From the NCBI RefSeq assembly GCF_004010195.1, contig NC_057718.1:23890135-23921979 (forward strand): DNA of 31,845 nt, written 5' to 3'. The stretch is from Chiloscyllium plagiosum. Taxonomy: Eukaryota. Shown here in pieces: positions 9,800 to 21,812 of this stretch (its first letter is position 1; each line of letters begins with the position of its first letter). The position numbers and the translations under genes are program-made. A model generated the notes under the pieces. It did no database searches, had not been told where the DNA came from, and was given only the letters and a program-made list of their open reading frames with translations.

Positions 9800-12284
9800 T
9801 CAAAGAATGTTGCAACGCTATTAGGCAGGAACTGTGGAGCACAGATTGAGAACAGATGTTCTCAGGGAAATGCATGACAGAAATGTGGAGGTTGTTTAGG
9901 GAGCAGTTGCTACAAGTGCTGGACAGGTTTGTCCCACTGAGGCAAGGAAGGGATGGGAGGGTGAAGAAATCTTGGATGACAAAAGATGTGGAACATCTAG
10001 TCACGAGGAAGAAGAAAACTTACTTAAGATTGAGGAAGCAAGGATCTGACAGGGCTCTACAGGGTTACAAGGTAGCCAGGAACGAACTGAAGAATGGACT
10101 TGAGAGATAGAAGAAGGCATGGAAAATCTTTAGCAGGTAGGATTAAGAAAAATCCCAAGGCATTCTCACTTATGTGAGGAACAAGAGGATGGTCAAAGTG
10201 AGAGTAGGCCAATCAGGGATAGTGGAGGGAACTTGATCCTGGAGTCGGAGGAGATAGAGGAGGTCCTTAATGAATACTTTGTTTCAGTATTCACCAATGA
10301 GAGGGACCTTGTCGTTAGTGAGGACAGTGTGAAACAGGCTGATATGCTCAAACAGGTGGATGTTAAGAAGTAGGATGGGCTGAAAACATGAGAATAAACG
10401 AGTCCCCTGGGCCAGGCAGGATATACCAAATTTTACAATGGTAAGCAAGAGAAAAGATTGCTGCACCTTTGGTGATGATCTTTGCATCCTCACTGACAAT
10501 GGAGTAGTACCAGATGATTGGAGGGTGGCAAAGGTTATTCCCTTGCTCAAGAAAGGGAATAGGAATAATTCTGGGTATTACAGACCAGTCAGTCTTACGT
10601 CTGTGGTGGGCAAATTATTGGAGATGATTCTGAGAGACAGGATCTATGATTATTTGGAAAAGCATAGTTTGATTAGAGATAGTCAGCATGGCTTTGTGAG
10701 GGGCAGGTCATACCTCACAAGCCTTATTAAATTCTTTGAGGATGTGACAAAACACATTGATGAAGGTAGATCAGTGGGTGTGGTGAATATATGGATTTTA
10801 ACAAAGCGTTTGATAAGGTTCCCATGGTAGGCTTATTAAGAAAGTAAGGAGGCATGGAATACAGGGAAATATGGCTGCCTAGACACAGAATTGGCTGTCC
10901 CATAGAAGACAGAGGGCGGTAGCAGACGGAAAGTATTCAGCCTGGAGCTTGGTGACCAATGGTGTGCCGTAGGGATCTGTTCTGGGACCTCTGTTCTTTG
11001 TGATTTTATAAATGATTTGGATGAGAAAGTAGAAGGGTAGGTTAGTAAGTTTGTCACATCCACATACATTGGTGGAGTTGTGCCTCTTGTGGAGGGTTGT
11101 TGTACATTGCAACATGACATTGACAGGATGCAGAGCTGGGCTGAGAAGTGGTAGATGGAGTGCAACTTGGAAAAGTATGAAGTGATTCATTTTGGAAGGT
11201 CAAATTTGAATGCAGATTACATGATTAAAGGCAGGATTCTTGAGCAGTGTGGAGGAAAGGAGAGACCCTGGGGTCCAAGTCCATAAATCCCTCAAAGTTG
11301 CTACCTAAATTGATAGGATTGTTAGGAAGGCATATGGTGTGTTAGCTTTCATTAGCTGGAGGATTGAGTTTAAGAGCCATGAGGTTATGCTGCAGCTCTA
11401 TAAAGCCCTGGTTAGATCACACTTGGAATATTGTGTTCAGTTCTGGTCGCCTCATTTAAGAAGGATATTGGAGTTTTAGAGAGGGTGCAGAGGAGATTTA
11501 CCAGGATGCTGCCTGGACTGGAGGGCATGTCTTTTGAAGCAAGGTTGAGGGAGCTAAGGCTTTTCTCATTGGAGCAAAGAAGGATGAGAGGTAGCTTGAT
11601 AGAGGTGCACAAGATGATGAGGTGCACAGATAGAGTGGATAACCAGAGATTTTTTCCCATGGCGGAAATGGCTATCAATGGCTACCGTGTGGGCGGCACG
11701 GTGGCACAGTGGTTAGCATTGCTGCCTCACAGCGCCAGAGACCCGGGTTCAATTCCCGCCTCAGGCGACTGACTGTGTGGAGTTTGCACATTCTCCCCGT
11801 GTCTGCGTGGGTTTCCTCCGGGTGCTCCGGTTTCCTCCCACATCACAAAAAAAAGATGTGCAGGGTCAGGTGAATTGGCCATACTAAATTGCCCGTAGTG
11901 TTAGGTAAGGGGTAAATGTAGGGGTATGGGTGGGTTTCGCTTCGGCGGGTCGGTGTGGACTTGTTGGGCCGAAGGGCCTGTTTCTACACTGTAATCTAAT
12001 CTAATCTAATAAGGAGGCATAATTTTGAGGTGATTGGAGGAAGGTTTAGGGGAGATGTCAGAGGTAAGTTCTTTACTGAATGGTGGGTGCGTGGAATGCA
12101 CTGCCAGCGGTGACAGTAGAATCAGATACATTAGTGACATTTAAGCTATTCTTGGATAGGCACATGGATGATAGTAAAATGAAGGGTATGTAGGTTAATT
12201 TGATCTTAGAGTAGGATAAAAGTTTGGCACAATATCAAGTAACAAAGGGCCTGTACTGTGCTGTTCTATGTTCTATATTCTATG
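9800..12284 (+). mobile_element. 5'-truncated CR1 LINE ORF2 (RT) pseudogene with SINE insertion
   Basis: VPDDWRVAKVIPLLKKG, YRPVSLTSVVGKLLE, SQHGFVRGRS, GVP*GSVLGP, LERVQRRFTRMLPG. (gttctat)n tail. Many stops and frameshifts. Confidence 0.95.
11690..12010 (+). mobile_element. Full-length HE1-type V-SINE (tRNA-derived)
   Basis: A box tggcacagtgg, B box ggttcaattcc, V-domain gtgtggagtttgcacattctccccgtgtctgcgtgggtttcc, CR1-like tail, (aatct)n. Confidence 0.93.
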
Positions 12285-12439
12285 AATGGTGTTAAGAAAT
12301 CCAGCATTGACAATAGCCCAGCACTAGTAATGTAACGGCAACAAATCATGTTCATGGAGATGCCAATGGGTTTGAGAGTCTCAGCCACTCTGACTCATGC
12401 AGCAGGTCCAGCTGCATCCATGCAGCTTCAATATTGTCG

Positions 12440-12945
12440 TTGCAGCTCAGTAACCATTTTTATTTTGGTTTTGGTTGCCGTGGGGCCTCCTCCTGTGGGA
12501 GGCCAGGGCCCCGTTTATCTCCATCCCCACTTCGTCTCAGATGGCGGTGTCAGAAGACAAGCCAGATCGCCATCAGTCAGTGTCCAGCATTGGAGGGTAC
12601 ACAGGACCCACACAGCATGACTATCTCCAGCTCTCAGAGGCAGCACATATGGAAACAACGTCACCGGTGGTGACAGAATTGGAGCACATTGTCAGGACCC
12701 CAGGGAACAATGTTGGATGGCAGCAACTGGAGGAGCAGGGATTGCAAAATCTACCTAGAGGGAAAGACGAACTTGTGGAGCTGTTTCAGCCTCAGTAATA
12801 TCAATTTAGTGTTAATTTATTCAGTATTTTATCATTTGTACAATTTATTCAGTAACTTATTCTGTAATCCAAGATGGCATCAGATGTGGTGACATTTTTA
12901 ACATTTCACTGTACCTACATACAAGTGACAATATTAAATAAATCC
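12440..12945 (+). repeat. Unclassified retroposon-like repeat
   Basis: GC-richer body ending in tttcactgtacctacatacaagtgacaatattaaataaa, which resembles a Rex1/Babar-type LINE tail. Confidence 0.35.
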
Positions 12946-13021
12946 AAAGGGAATGGCGTATTCCCTGCAGCATTCTGGTGGGCAGGGAGAGCTTTCATTC
13001 ATGGTTATTTGGAACAAGATT

Positions 13022-13140
13022 GGCTTCGGGGAGAATGCGGGTAAGTGGAGTTGAAATGCCCATCAGCCATGATTGAATGGCGGAGTGGACTCAATGGGTC
13101 GAATGGCCTTACTTCCGCTCCTATGTCTTATGGTCGTATG
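13022..13140 (+). mobile_element. Young CR1 3' tip
   Basis: atcagccatgattgaatggcggagtggactcaatgggtcgaatggccttacttccgctcctatgtcttatgg, with CpGs retained. Confidence 0.75.
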
Positions 13141-13563
13141 GAGTTGCCACAGTGTGCCTCGCAAAACCTAGCAACACATCCTGATACTATTATACATCTG
13201 GGACTTTTATTATGACACATTCTCTGTTCCTAAGCTGGTAATGTTTTACAGCTGTCTTTTAAGAAAGTCAGTGTCTAATATACAGTTGACAATAACATTT
13301 TGGGTTCAAGGTAATACAAGCTAGGATTGCCAGCTATCAATGACACATCCTCTGACCAATTTTGCACTTCAAAAGCATCATCACTATTGGTCTGTTTTTC
13401 AGCCATCCACTTGATGCCTTCCTCACTGATATTTCTTAATCTCTGCACTACTTATAACTCTACTCGCATATATTCATCCTTCAGTTAAAATATCATTGTC
13501 CTGAAATAATTGTTATTTACTTGTGCACCAAAGAGATTTCAGTAGAGCAATTAAATAAGTTGT

Positions 13564-13724
13564 TAATGGAAACAAATGAAGACAAATTCAGACATGGGAT
13601 TTGACATTAACTTATATACCTAACCTCAATAGAAAGCAATGTTCTTTTCCATATTGGGAAGTACTAATTTTCCAAAAACCATGTATTTTATATTTACTTA
13701 AATTGTCTTCATTTGTTTCCATTA
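13564..13724. repeat. Perfect 22-bp inverted repeat with 117-bp spacer
   Basis: taatggaaacaaatgaagacaa (13564-13585) and ttgtcttcatttgtttccatta (13703-13724). Confidence 0.9.
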
Positions 13725-15480
13725 CACAGTATTTACACATTACATAGTAATGTGTGTTAAATCTCAGTTAAGAAGCTTTTAAAGTAATGGATCTTGGCAT
13801 TAAACGTCCCTTAAATTGGAAATGTCTGCTCTTTCAGTTCCTTAAGGATTAGTCCATGACATGGATGGAGACAAATTCATACTTTTGAAATTTCAACCAG
13901 CTTCCTAAATGTTTAATCTTATTTCAAAGTCCGGATAACAGTGCTAAGTCTACCAGAAAAAGAACAGACTTGCTTCCTGTTTGAACTGAGCTTGTCCTCT
14001 ACCAGTGAACGATATATGTTAGGATAATCTCAGTGTCAGGAATAGTTCAGCAGTTGAAGTATGATTCAGAATTTCCAGAGTGAAGTTCTCAATGAATCTG
14101 TGGTATGCAAGATTCCAATCCATGCTGATTTTATTATTATCTGCTACTAAAATTGACCAGATCACCAGCTGATATTCTGCCTGAATCCTATTGTATTTCA
14201 TCTTATTTGTTCTTCAGACCAGGCCATGCACATGAAATTAGTGGGGTCCTCCCCTAAATAATAGGTTGAGTTCAAAGATCTATTTGGCTGCTGCAGGGTA
14301 CCTATCAGATGAAGACAGCCAGAAGTAGATCTGGAACCAGTAAGTATTTCACTGTGGGACCAGCACCAGAAATACATCTGCGGACCCCACCATGGGATTT
14401 ACTTTCCTTCTGGAATACATCTTGAAAATGCAAAGTATGTATGTTTTCGTTTAGTGCCAGGAGGTGATTCCACTCATTCCAGTCCAGCTTCCAAACTGAC
14501 CTGCCAGCCAGCCTTTATGTTATTTCTATTCTGGGAGGAGAGCTGTTCAGTGGAGGGTGAGGTCAGAAAGTTAAAATCAAACAGGTAGCTGCTAGATTTG
14601 CACATGTTCAGCTTTTCTGCCCATTCCCTGCCCAAATACTCCTCCCAGTTAAGGTTTCTCCTGTCTCTGTGAGGAAACCACTGCAATTCTCTTCTGCTAA
14701 CTTTACCAGGCAAATCAGACACATTTTAGCACATCATAAATTTGAACTTCTCATTTCACTCACAATACCTCTTCAGTGATTCCAGGTCATGAACGTTCTT
14801 TGTTCCTCACGGCCTCTATCTTCTCAATTCTGGCTGTTGGCAGATACACAGCTGCCTCCTACTAGTATTTTCATCTATCTAACTAGTTTTATAAACAGTG
14901 ATAAACCTAAAACAATAAATTGTCTCTCTGTAATCTATACCCTGGCAACATGGCACACCTGAGATGACCCACAAAACATATCCATTGATCTGAAAGGTAT
15001 ATGGATACTTTAAGCATTTTCCTTGTTTATCAGTTGTTTTTCAAGCATTTTTTGACCTTGGAAATTATACATTTAAGTCACATTTCTAATGAAGACAGGT
15101 CACCTTTCCTGAGACTTGCAGACTTTAATTCTCCAGCTAAGCAGGCCTACATAGACTTCTATGGTGCTTGTCATTCTAGCTCTAACCTTGCAGACACATA
15201 TGGAAAACCTTTGATGCTTAAACACCTTGGGTAATTTGGAAACTTTTGAATTCCAGTTACATTACATTTACAAATTTAAATTCTCCAAACTAAAGTTTTA
15301 TTCCTAAAATATTTAATCATGAAGTGAAACATTTTCAGAACACTAGTAAAAAGATGACACTTGTAGGTGCCCTGACTCCTCAAAATTCAATGATCTGAGG
15401 TTGATAGGGAAATTTTCCTATCAAACAACAAGGCAAAATTACAAATTGTCTTCAGCGGCTGTTTACTGCCGGCTTCAGTA

Positions 15481-15713
15481 TGAAATAACTGCACAGAGGC
15501 TGGTGTCCTGTCACCCAGTCACTCTTTATTTACATATGCGCAGTACGTGGGCTCTGACCCATCAGCTCAAAGCCAGTCCCTAGAATGAGGTGACTCTCTG
15601 AATCTTCTGTATATGTTTATTAGCTAGGACTCCCTGATTGGCCCAGGTTAGCAATCCCAATCAAGAATCTCATAATCAATGAGATCCACTTGACCCTCAT
15701 TTCAATCAGTACA
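15481..15713 (-). mobile_element. Solo LTR (probably Gypsy), 233 bp
   Basis: TG...CA ends. 4-bp TSD agta (15477-15480 and 15714-15717). Minus strand has CCAAT, a TATA-like element and AATAAA. Confidence 0.8.
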
Positions 15714-16246
15714 AGTAATCCTTTCAGAGTCCAATCACATCCACCTCCAATTGACTGCTGCTGTTATCACTGCATATAGGCTCCCACAAATTCAAGTAAA
15801 CATGGCAGTGCCAATGATTTCATCAGGTCTACACTAAATTTAGTCTACACTTAATTTAGACTACCATGTTATTAGATTTCTGAAAGAAGTAGTTGTGAAA
15901 ATGGCCAGGGGCCTGACTGAATTACAAACATGTCACAAATTACCAGCCACCATGTGTATTACTTGCGTTCCCTGTTTGCCCCGCGAGCTGAATTACAATC
16001 TTGCATATGTAACTACACCTTATAAACATTTTGACAAGTCACCACCCAATAAAGCTAAGCCTTGTGAAATGTTTGGGTTGAATTCAAATTCGTTCTATTC
16101 CGATAGTCAAAGGTAATTTTGAATGACAGAGGTTCTGTATGGCAGCTAGCATCTAATGGAGCCCCTCAGGGATCTGCAGTTGCATTTTACACTTTGTGTC
16201 TCTGATCTGGATGAAGACATCATGGAAACAGTCTGCAATTGGTGCT

Positions 16247-16304
16247 GCCAGCACCACACAGTTCCACTCTGATCTCCAGCAATCGCAGTCCTCACTTTCT
16301 CCTA
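16247..16304 (+). mobile_element. Penelope terminal-repeat 3' tip, same family as 28806-28936
   Basis: ccagcaccacac...tctccagcaatcgcagtcctcactttctcct matches the reverse complement of aggagaaagtgaggactgcagatgctggaga. Confidence 0.65.
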
Positions 16305-16339
16305 ATTGTGTAGATAATACAAGCACCTGTGTGCTGAGG

Positions 16340-16562
16340 TTAGATTAGATTCCCTACAGTGTGGAAACAGGCCATTTGGCCCAATAAGTCCACGCTGACC
16401 CTCCAAAGAGTAACACACCCAGACCCATTTCCCTCTGAATCATGCCCCAACAGTATGGGTAATTTAGCATGGCCAATTCACCTGGTGTACACATCTTTGG
16501 ACTGTGGGAAGAAACCGGAGCTCCCAAAGGAAACCCACACAGACACAGGGAGAATGTGCAAA
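16340..16562 (-). mobile_element. 5'-truncated HE1-type SINE
   Basis: ttagattagatt...gtgtggaaacaggcc...gaaacccacacagacacagggagaatgtgcaaa. Confidence 0.9.
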
Positions 16563-17140
16563 GTCTTTGGACTTTGGATAACAAAAATGGATTACAGACA
16601 GATCTACATGCAATGGGAAAATTGTAACACAAAGAGTTGCGTTTTGAAGTTATTGAACAAAAGAAATACCTGAATATGTGACTTTGTGAAGGTTCCCATT
16701 GTTGTCATAATGGTGAGACAAAACCAAATAGATTATTGGTATATATCGTTAGGATGATTAGACTTGTGACTAGCCAAAGTTAAAGATCAGTTAGAATTCC
16801 ATGTTGATTTGTTCCCCTCAAACTGTTGGTGAAATAGAGCGTTTGGAAACTTTAAAAATCTTTAATTGCCACAATAAAATTGAGTCTTTTTATCCTGAAG
16901 ACTCTAAGAAGACTTGACTGAGATCTTTTACAGAGCATCACAGACATATGGAAAAAGGCACAGACAAATGTAGTGAGTGTTGATTGGCTGCAAATATTCA
17001 AAGGGGAACTTCATGAGTTTTTGCATGTGACCAATAACTCAATAGCAGTGAATATTGAAGCTCCCTGTTAATCTCCCTGTAATAATATCTGCTTAGAAAT
17101 ATGGATCTGATTGAAGCTGAAGTAAGTATTACAATTGCAT

Positions 17141-17297
17141 AAAGTTAAAAATCATACAATACTAGGTTACAGTCCAACGGGCTTATTTGAAAGTACAAGC
17201 TTTCGGAGCACTGCTCCTTCATCAGGTAGCTAATGGGGCTTGTACTTTCAAATAACCCTTTTGGACCTGAACCTGATGTTGTGTGATTCTTAACTTT
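17141..17297. mobile_element. 157-bp fold-back Penelope-terminus element
   Basis: 60-bp arms (17141-17200 and 17238-17297), 49/60 complementary, inner 18 bp perfect. Confidence 0.8.
17194..17228 (-). ncRNA. Minimal type I hammerhead ribozyme with intact core
   Basis: UAC-CUGAUGA-A-GGAGC-AGU-GCUCC-GAAA-GC-UU/GUA. Stem I is UAC/GUA, stem II has 5 bp, and palindromic AGCU replaces stem III. Confidence 0.75.
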
Positions 17298-18155
17298 GTC
17301 CACTTCACATTATAATTAGGTAGTACACATGTAGGTATGTTTTCAAAATAAAGATTTAGATGGGATTTAGGTCGGAAAAACTTCATCACCATTAGCAGGA
17401 AAAGAATATACCTAAAAGGGGAGATAAAGGTGACACATTTATGTTATTAGTAAATTCAGTGCTCAATGCAGGCAACAAAAATACAATAAACATAGCTTAA
17501 TCAACAAATAAGGAGAGCTAGGAAGACACAATGCACCTTCACACCTGTGCGTGAAAGTAAAATGTTAATTATAGAAGAAATGGAGAACTATGCAACTGGT
17601 AAGAATGCCAAAGATCATTATTGCATTAATATCATTAAAAAACCAAGAAACGTGAAACATGTTTACATATGATAAATGTTTAATGAAGAATTATATTATG
17701 ATTTAAAGTATAAGGGAGAGTTGAAAGGAATATCCCGATATAAAAATGAAACATCTGTACTTAGAAGCCTTTAACAAAGGGAGAGATGATAGGTGTATAA
17801 ATCAACACAAAGAAATTTACTAGATAAAGATTCAAAACCTTTACTGAATAATTAAGGAATAATGTTAAATGGTTTAGCATCACATGAAAATGCGAGGAAC
17901 CTATTCAGAGGGTTGACCCTCACATTTGAAAAGCAGGAGCTGGGTGTCTGGAAATATAAATTTAAGCCACTTTCAGAAATTTCAGAAATATTAGAAACCC
18001 TCAGTTTACTGGATGGATGCTATGCTTTGGCAGAAGGACCTTACATGGTGGCCTTTCTCCGCTGCACCTTGGCAGCAGCTGCCCCAGGCTTCAGTGCACC
18101 CCTCAGCACATCGTCCTGGACCTTGGAATGTGCCAGTCTGCAACACTCAGTCAGG

Positions 18156-19004
18156 TTCTGGATTAGTGGTGCTGGAAGAGCACAGCAGTTCAGGCAGCAT
18201 CCAAGGAGCTTCAAAATCGACGTTTCATCAGGAATAAAGGCAGTGAGCCTGGAGCGTGGAGAAATAAGCTAGAGGAGGGTGGGGGTGGGGAGAAAGTAGC
18301 ATAGAGTACAATGGGTGAGTGGGGGAGGGGATGAAGGTGATAGGTCAGGGAGGAGAGGGTGGAGTGGATAGGTAGAAAAGGANNNNNNNNNNNNNNNNNN
18401 NNNNNNNNNNNNNNNNNNNNNNNNNNNNNNNNNNNNNNNNNNNNNNNNNNNNNNNNNNNNNNNNNNNNNNNNNNNNNNNNNNNNNNNNNNNNNNNNNNNN
18501 NNNNNNNNNNNNNNNNNNNNNNNNNNNNNNNNNNNNNNNNNNNNNNNNNNNNNNNNNNNNNNNNNNNNNNNNNNNNNNNNNNNNNNNNNNNNNNNNNNNN
18601 NNNNNNNNNNNNNNNNNNNNNNNNNNNNNNNNNNNNNNNNNNNNNNNNNNNNNNNNNNNNNNNNNNNNNNNNNNNNNNNNNNNNNNNNNNNNGACCTGAC
18701 CAGGTAATCACGGAGGGAACGGTCTTTGCGGAAGGCGGAAAGGGGTGGGGAGGGAAATATATCCCTGGTGGTGGGGTCTGTTTGGAGGTGGCAGAAATGT
18801 CGGCGGATGATTTGGTTTATGCGAAGGTTGGTAGGGTGGAAGGTGAGCACCAGGGGCGTTCTGTCCTTGTTACGGTTGGAGGGGTGGGGTCTGAGGGCAG
18901 AGGTGCAGGATGTAGGCGAGATGCGTTGGAGGGCATCTTTAACCACATGGGAAGGGAAATTGCGGTCTCTAAAGAAGGAGGCCATCTGGTGTGTTCTGTG
19001 GTGG
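18156..19004 (-). mobile_element. 5'-truncated Penelope-like element (RT thumb/linker; GIY-YIG region presumably in the gap)
   Basis: MASFFRDRNFPSHVVKDAL...TPLVLTFHP...FPSPPLSAFRKDRSLRDYLVR. Pyrimidine-rich tract, then terminal repeat. 13-bp TSD acactcagtcagg. Confidence 0.85.
18383..18691. other. Assembly gap (309 N)
   Basis: Run of n. Confidence 1.
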
Positions 19005-19439
19005 ACACTCAGTCAGGGTCAACTCTATCACCTGTTGCTGCAGCTAAATGCCAAGAATTTAGTTGTAAATATAGAGAAAGTCAAGCCACAATGCTTGTTG
19101 CCTTCTCTGTAAATAAAGTGGATGTAGATCTGAACAACTTCATTAACCATGTACGTACATGAAGATTTCTTTCTATGAATATACTTTTGAAACCAAACAA
19201 AATGTAGAAACCTGGGGGTAATATGACTATATATGACTAATACCTCCCAAGAGGTATTTTATCCAACTGGAGAAAAAAATCTTACTCGTTCAGGGCTTTA
19301 AGCTAAAACTTTAACTTAAATATTGATGGATATTCTAAGATATTCTTAGATATACTATTCACAGTTATTCTTAGATTTTCCTAGATCTTATTAAAATTTC
19401 TTGAATAATTATAAATACCATCAAGCTGAATTCAGTTGG

Positions 19440-19631
19440 GTGCGTGGGTTTCCTCCGGGTGCTCTGGTTTCCTCCCACAGTCCAAAAACGTGCAGCTTAG
19501 GTGAATTGGCCATGCTAAATTGCCCGTAGTGTTAGGTGTAGGGGATGGGTCTGGGTGGGTGCGTTTCAGCGGGTCGGTGTGGACTTGTTGGGCCAAAGGG
19601 CCTGTTTTCACTCTGTAAGTAATCTAATCTA
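19440..19631 (+). mobile_element. 5'-truncated HE1-type SINE
   Basis: tgcgtgggtttcctccgggtgctc...gggcctgttttcactctgtaagtaatctaatct. Confidence 0.9.
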
Positions 19632-20504
19632 AGTAAGTTAGATTTGGTATTGCATCTTTTTAGCACAGCCTTATACTTATCAACGTAAAGTGTGTTGCTC
19701 ATTAATTTCTGTAAATGAAATTGTAAAGTTAGTGAACTGCCTCATTTGTGTTTCTCAATTATAACTGAAATGAGCCCTAATACTTTGTACACTTCTTGAA
19801 ATCTGTATGTGTATCTTCTGAAGAGAAAAAGTCCCAAACCTTTAAAATATTTGTGATGTTTATAGCATAGCTGAGGTTTATTAAAATTAAGCAGGCTATT
19901 TGGAGGACAGTAACATTTTTGGACAGCTCCTTCCCCTGAAGGATGGTTATATAAATCTTACAAACAAAAATGTCAAGTGTTTGTGATTTTAGCTAGCTTG
20001 AACTGGGGAGATAGACATTTTCATGGAAATACACACGACCCAAGTTAGCTCGAAAGATAATTTATAGCCAGTATGGTCAACCAAGATTTATTTGATCAAC
20101 TTTTTGGCTCAGAGAGAATTTTCTGAGGTTTTTCTCTAATGTTTTTCTTCTACGAGGGGCTTGAATTGCTGGTGGAAGGGAAATAGGACTTCAGGGTTCA
20201 CTATATGCACAAGACCGCCACTTGATGAGTCAACAGTGGTTTTATTTCAGACCTTTGTTCTTCATTGCCTAACTATTCTATAAAAGGTAAAATAGCTATC
20301 TTTAAGGTCAGGTTTCTAGACTCTAAATTTCATGCTTCTCCAGTCTTTCCTCTTAAATCTTTTTTTTCCATTTCTAGTACAACCTCATGGGTGTTTGTAC
20401 ACTATCTTCCATACTTCTTTTTTTCAAATCTTTCACAGAGTGTGCACATCAACATTTATCACCAACTCTCATCACCTTTGACCTTTGTGGCTTGCTAGTT
20501 CATT

Positions 20505-20783
20505 TCAGAGAGCAGTTCAGAGTCAACCACGTTGCTATGGATCTGGAGTCACATATAGGCTAGACATGGTAATGATGGTAAATTTCCTTCCCTAAAGGTG
20601 ATGAGTAAGCCAGATAGATTTTTACAACAGTTAATGATAGCTGTGGTCACCATTCATGACAGTAGCTTTATATTCCAGATTTATGAATGGAATTAATATT
20701 CCATCAGCTATTGTGGTGGGACTGAACCACTGATCCTAGAGCCTGAACATCTGGATCACTTGCCAGTGCTGTTACATCACCAT
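20505..20783 (-). mobile_element. Older tRNA-derived shark SINE (non-HE1 family)
   Basis: Minus-strand head with eroded B box ggttcagtccc. Body tttagggaaggaaatttacc...tgtgactccagatccatagcaacgtggttgactc. Confidence 0.65.
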
Positions 20784-21092
20784 TTCGTTTGTGAAATTTG
20801 ATGGTGACATCCTCTGACTTATTTTACCATGTTTTTCCTGTACTGTTTAATATTCTCTTGAAGTTATAGTTTGTGCTCTGCATTGGTATAGCATTTTATG
20901 TGGTGTCTACTAAGACTCCTAACTTCACCTTTTTCCACATCTATCTTAACATCATTCCTGAATATGTGTGTTGTGTTCTGATGTGAAAATGCTTGTATTT
21001 GCCATGGTAAATTGCCATCTATTGTAGTTTTGTCACTGTCTAGTTTTTCTCCAGAAGAAGAAGTCACATTCATATCTCACAAGAATCAGTCA

Positions 21093-21812
21093 GTCAATGA
21101 CCATCTCCAACAAGAGAAAGGATAATCATTTATCTTTGATATTTTGCTACATCATCCCTAAATCCTCCATTATCAACAATCCCGGTTAATAACATTCACA
21201 CAAAACTGAATTAATCCTGCCATATCAATACTCCAGCTACAACAGTAGATCAGAGACTGGGAATTCTGTGGTAGATAACACACCTATTATGTCTCCAAAG
21301 CATATCCATTACCTACAAGAGTTATGTCAGAGTGTGATAGAATTCACTCAATTTGCCTGAATCAGTAAAGTTGTATCAACACTCAAGAGGCTCACTATCA
21401 TCCAGACAGACCAACCGACATGATCAGCACCCTATGAACACCTTAATTTTCACTGACTCTACCATTGTTGCACACTAGCAACAGAGTATACTCCATACAA
21501 GATGCACTGCATAAACTGAGCAAAGCTCTTTTATCTGAAGTTTCCAAACACAGAACTTCAAAAATCTGGGGAAAAAAAAGGGCAGTAGACTCACCAAGTT
21601 ACCAGCTGCATGTTCCAGTCTTAACCACACACCATTCTGATATAGATCTAGATCATTGTTCCTTTACTGTGGTTGGGACAAGAACCTGGAATTCCCTCTC
21701 TAATAGTGCTGTGAATGTCCATGCATGTGGACTATTGTGATTCAAGCACGTGACTCATCACCAACTTCTCCAGGTCAGTTAGGAACACTCGCCTAGCCAG
21801 TGACACTCATAA
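21093..21812 (+). mobile_element. Old CR1/Jockey-group LINE 3' fragment
   Basis: MTISNKR, QRLGIL, TYK..VR.V.E-like, TLKRL..IQ. Tail gcctagccagtgacactcat. Confidence 0.65.

Larger units (their letters stand above)
16020..16900 (+). mobile_element. Very old CR1/L2-like RT remnant interrupted by a PLE tip and a SINE
   Basis: ttttgacaag (FDK), ggagcccctcagggatct (GAPQGS), gatctggatgaa, gtagataataca (ADDT-like). Confidence 0.5.
18010..19025 (-). mobile_element. Tx1/L1-clade LINE 3' fragment (ORF2 C-terminus), split by the PLE
   Basis: Joining 19025-19005 to 18142-18041 reads ELTLTECCRLAHSKVQDDVLRGALKPGAAAAKVQRRKATM*. Confidence 0.6.

Noticed and set aside
11690..11765. tRNA-like sequences here and at 24834
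   Set aside because: These are SINE heads continuous with the V-domain and LINE-like tail, not tRNA genes.
12348..12892. Cluster of short plus-strand ORFs
   Set aside because: All three frames are open because of higher GC in a probable repeat. No recognisable protein.
18211..19162. Long ORFs spanning the N run
   Set aside because: Lengths are artefacts of the gap. The plus-strand ones are antisense to the PLE.
19328..19390. Degenerate atattcttag repeats, plus similar small duplications at 15828-15860 and 384-410
   Set aside because: Ordinary slippage duplications.
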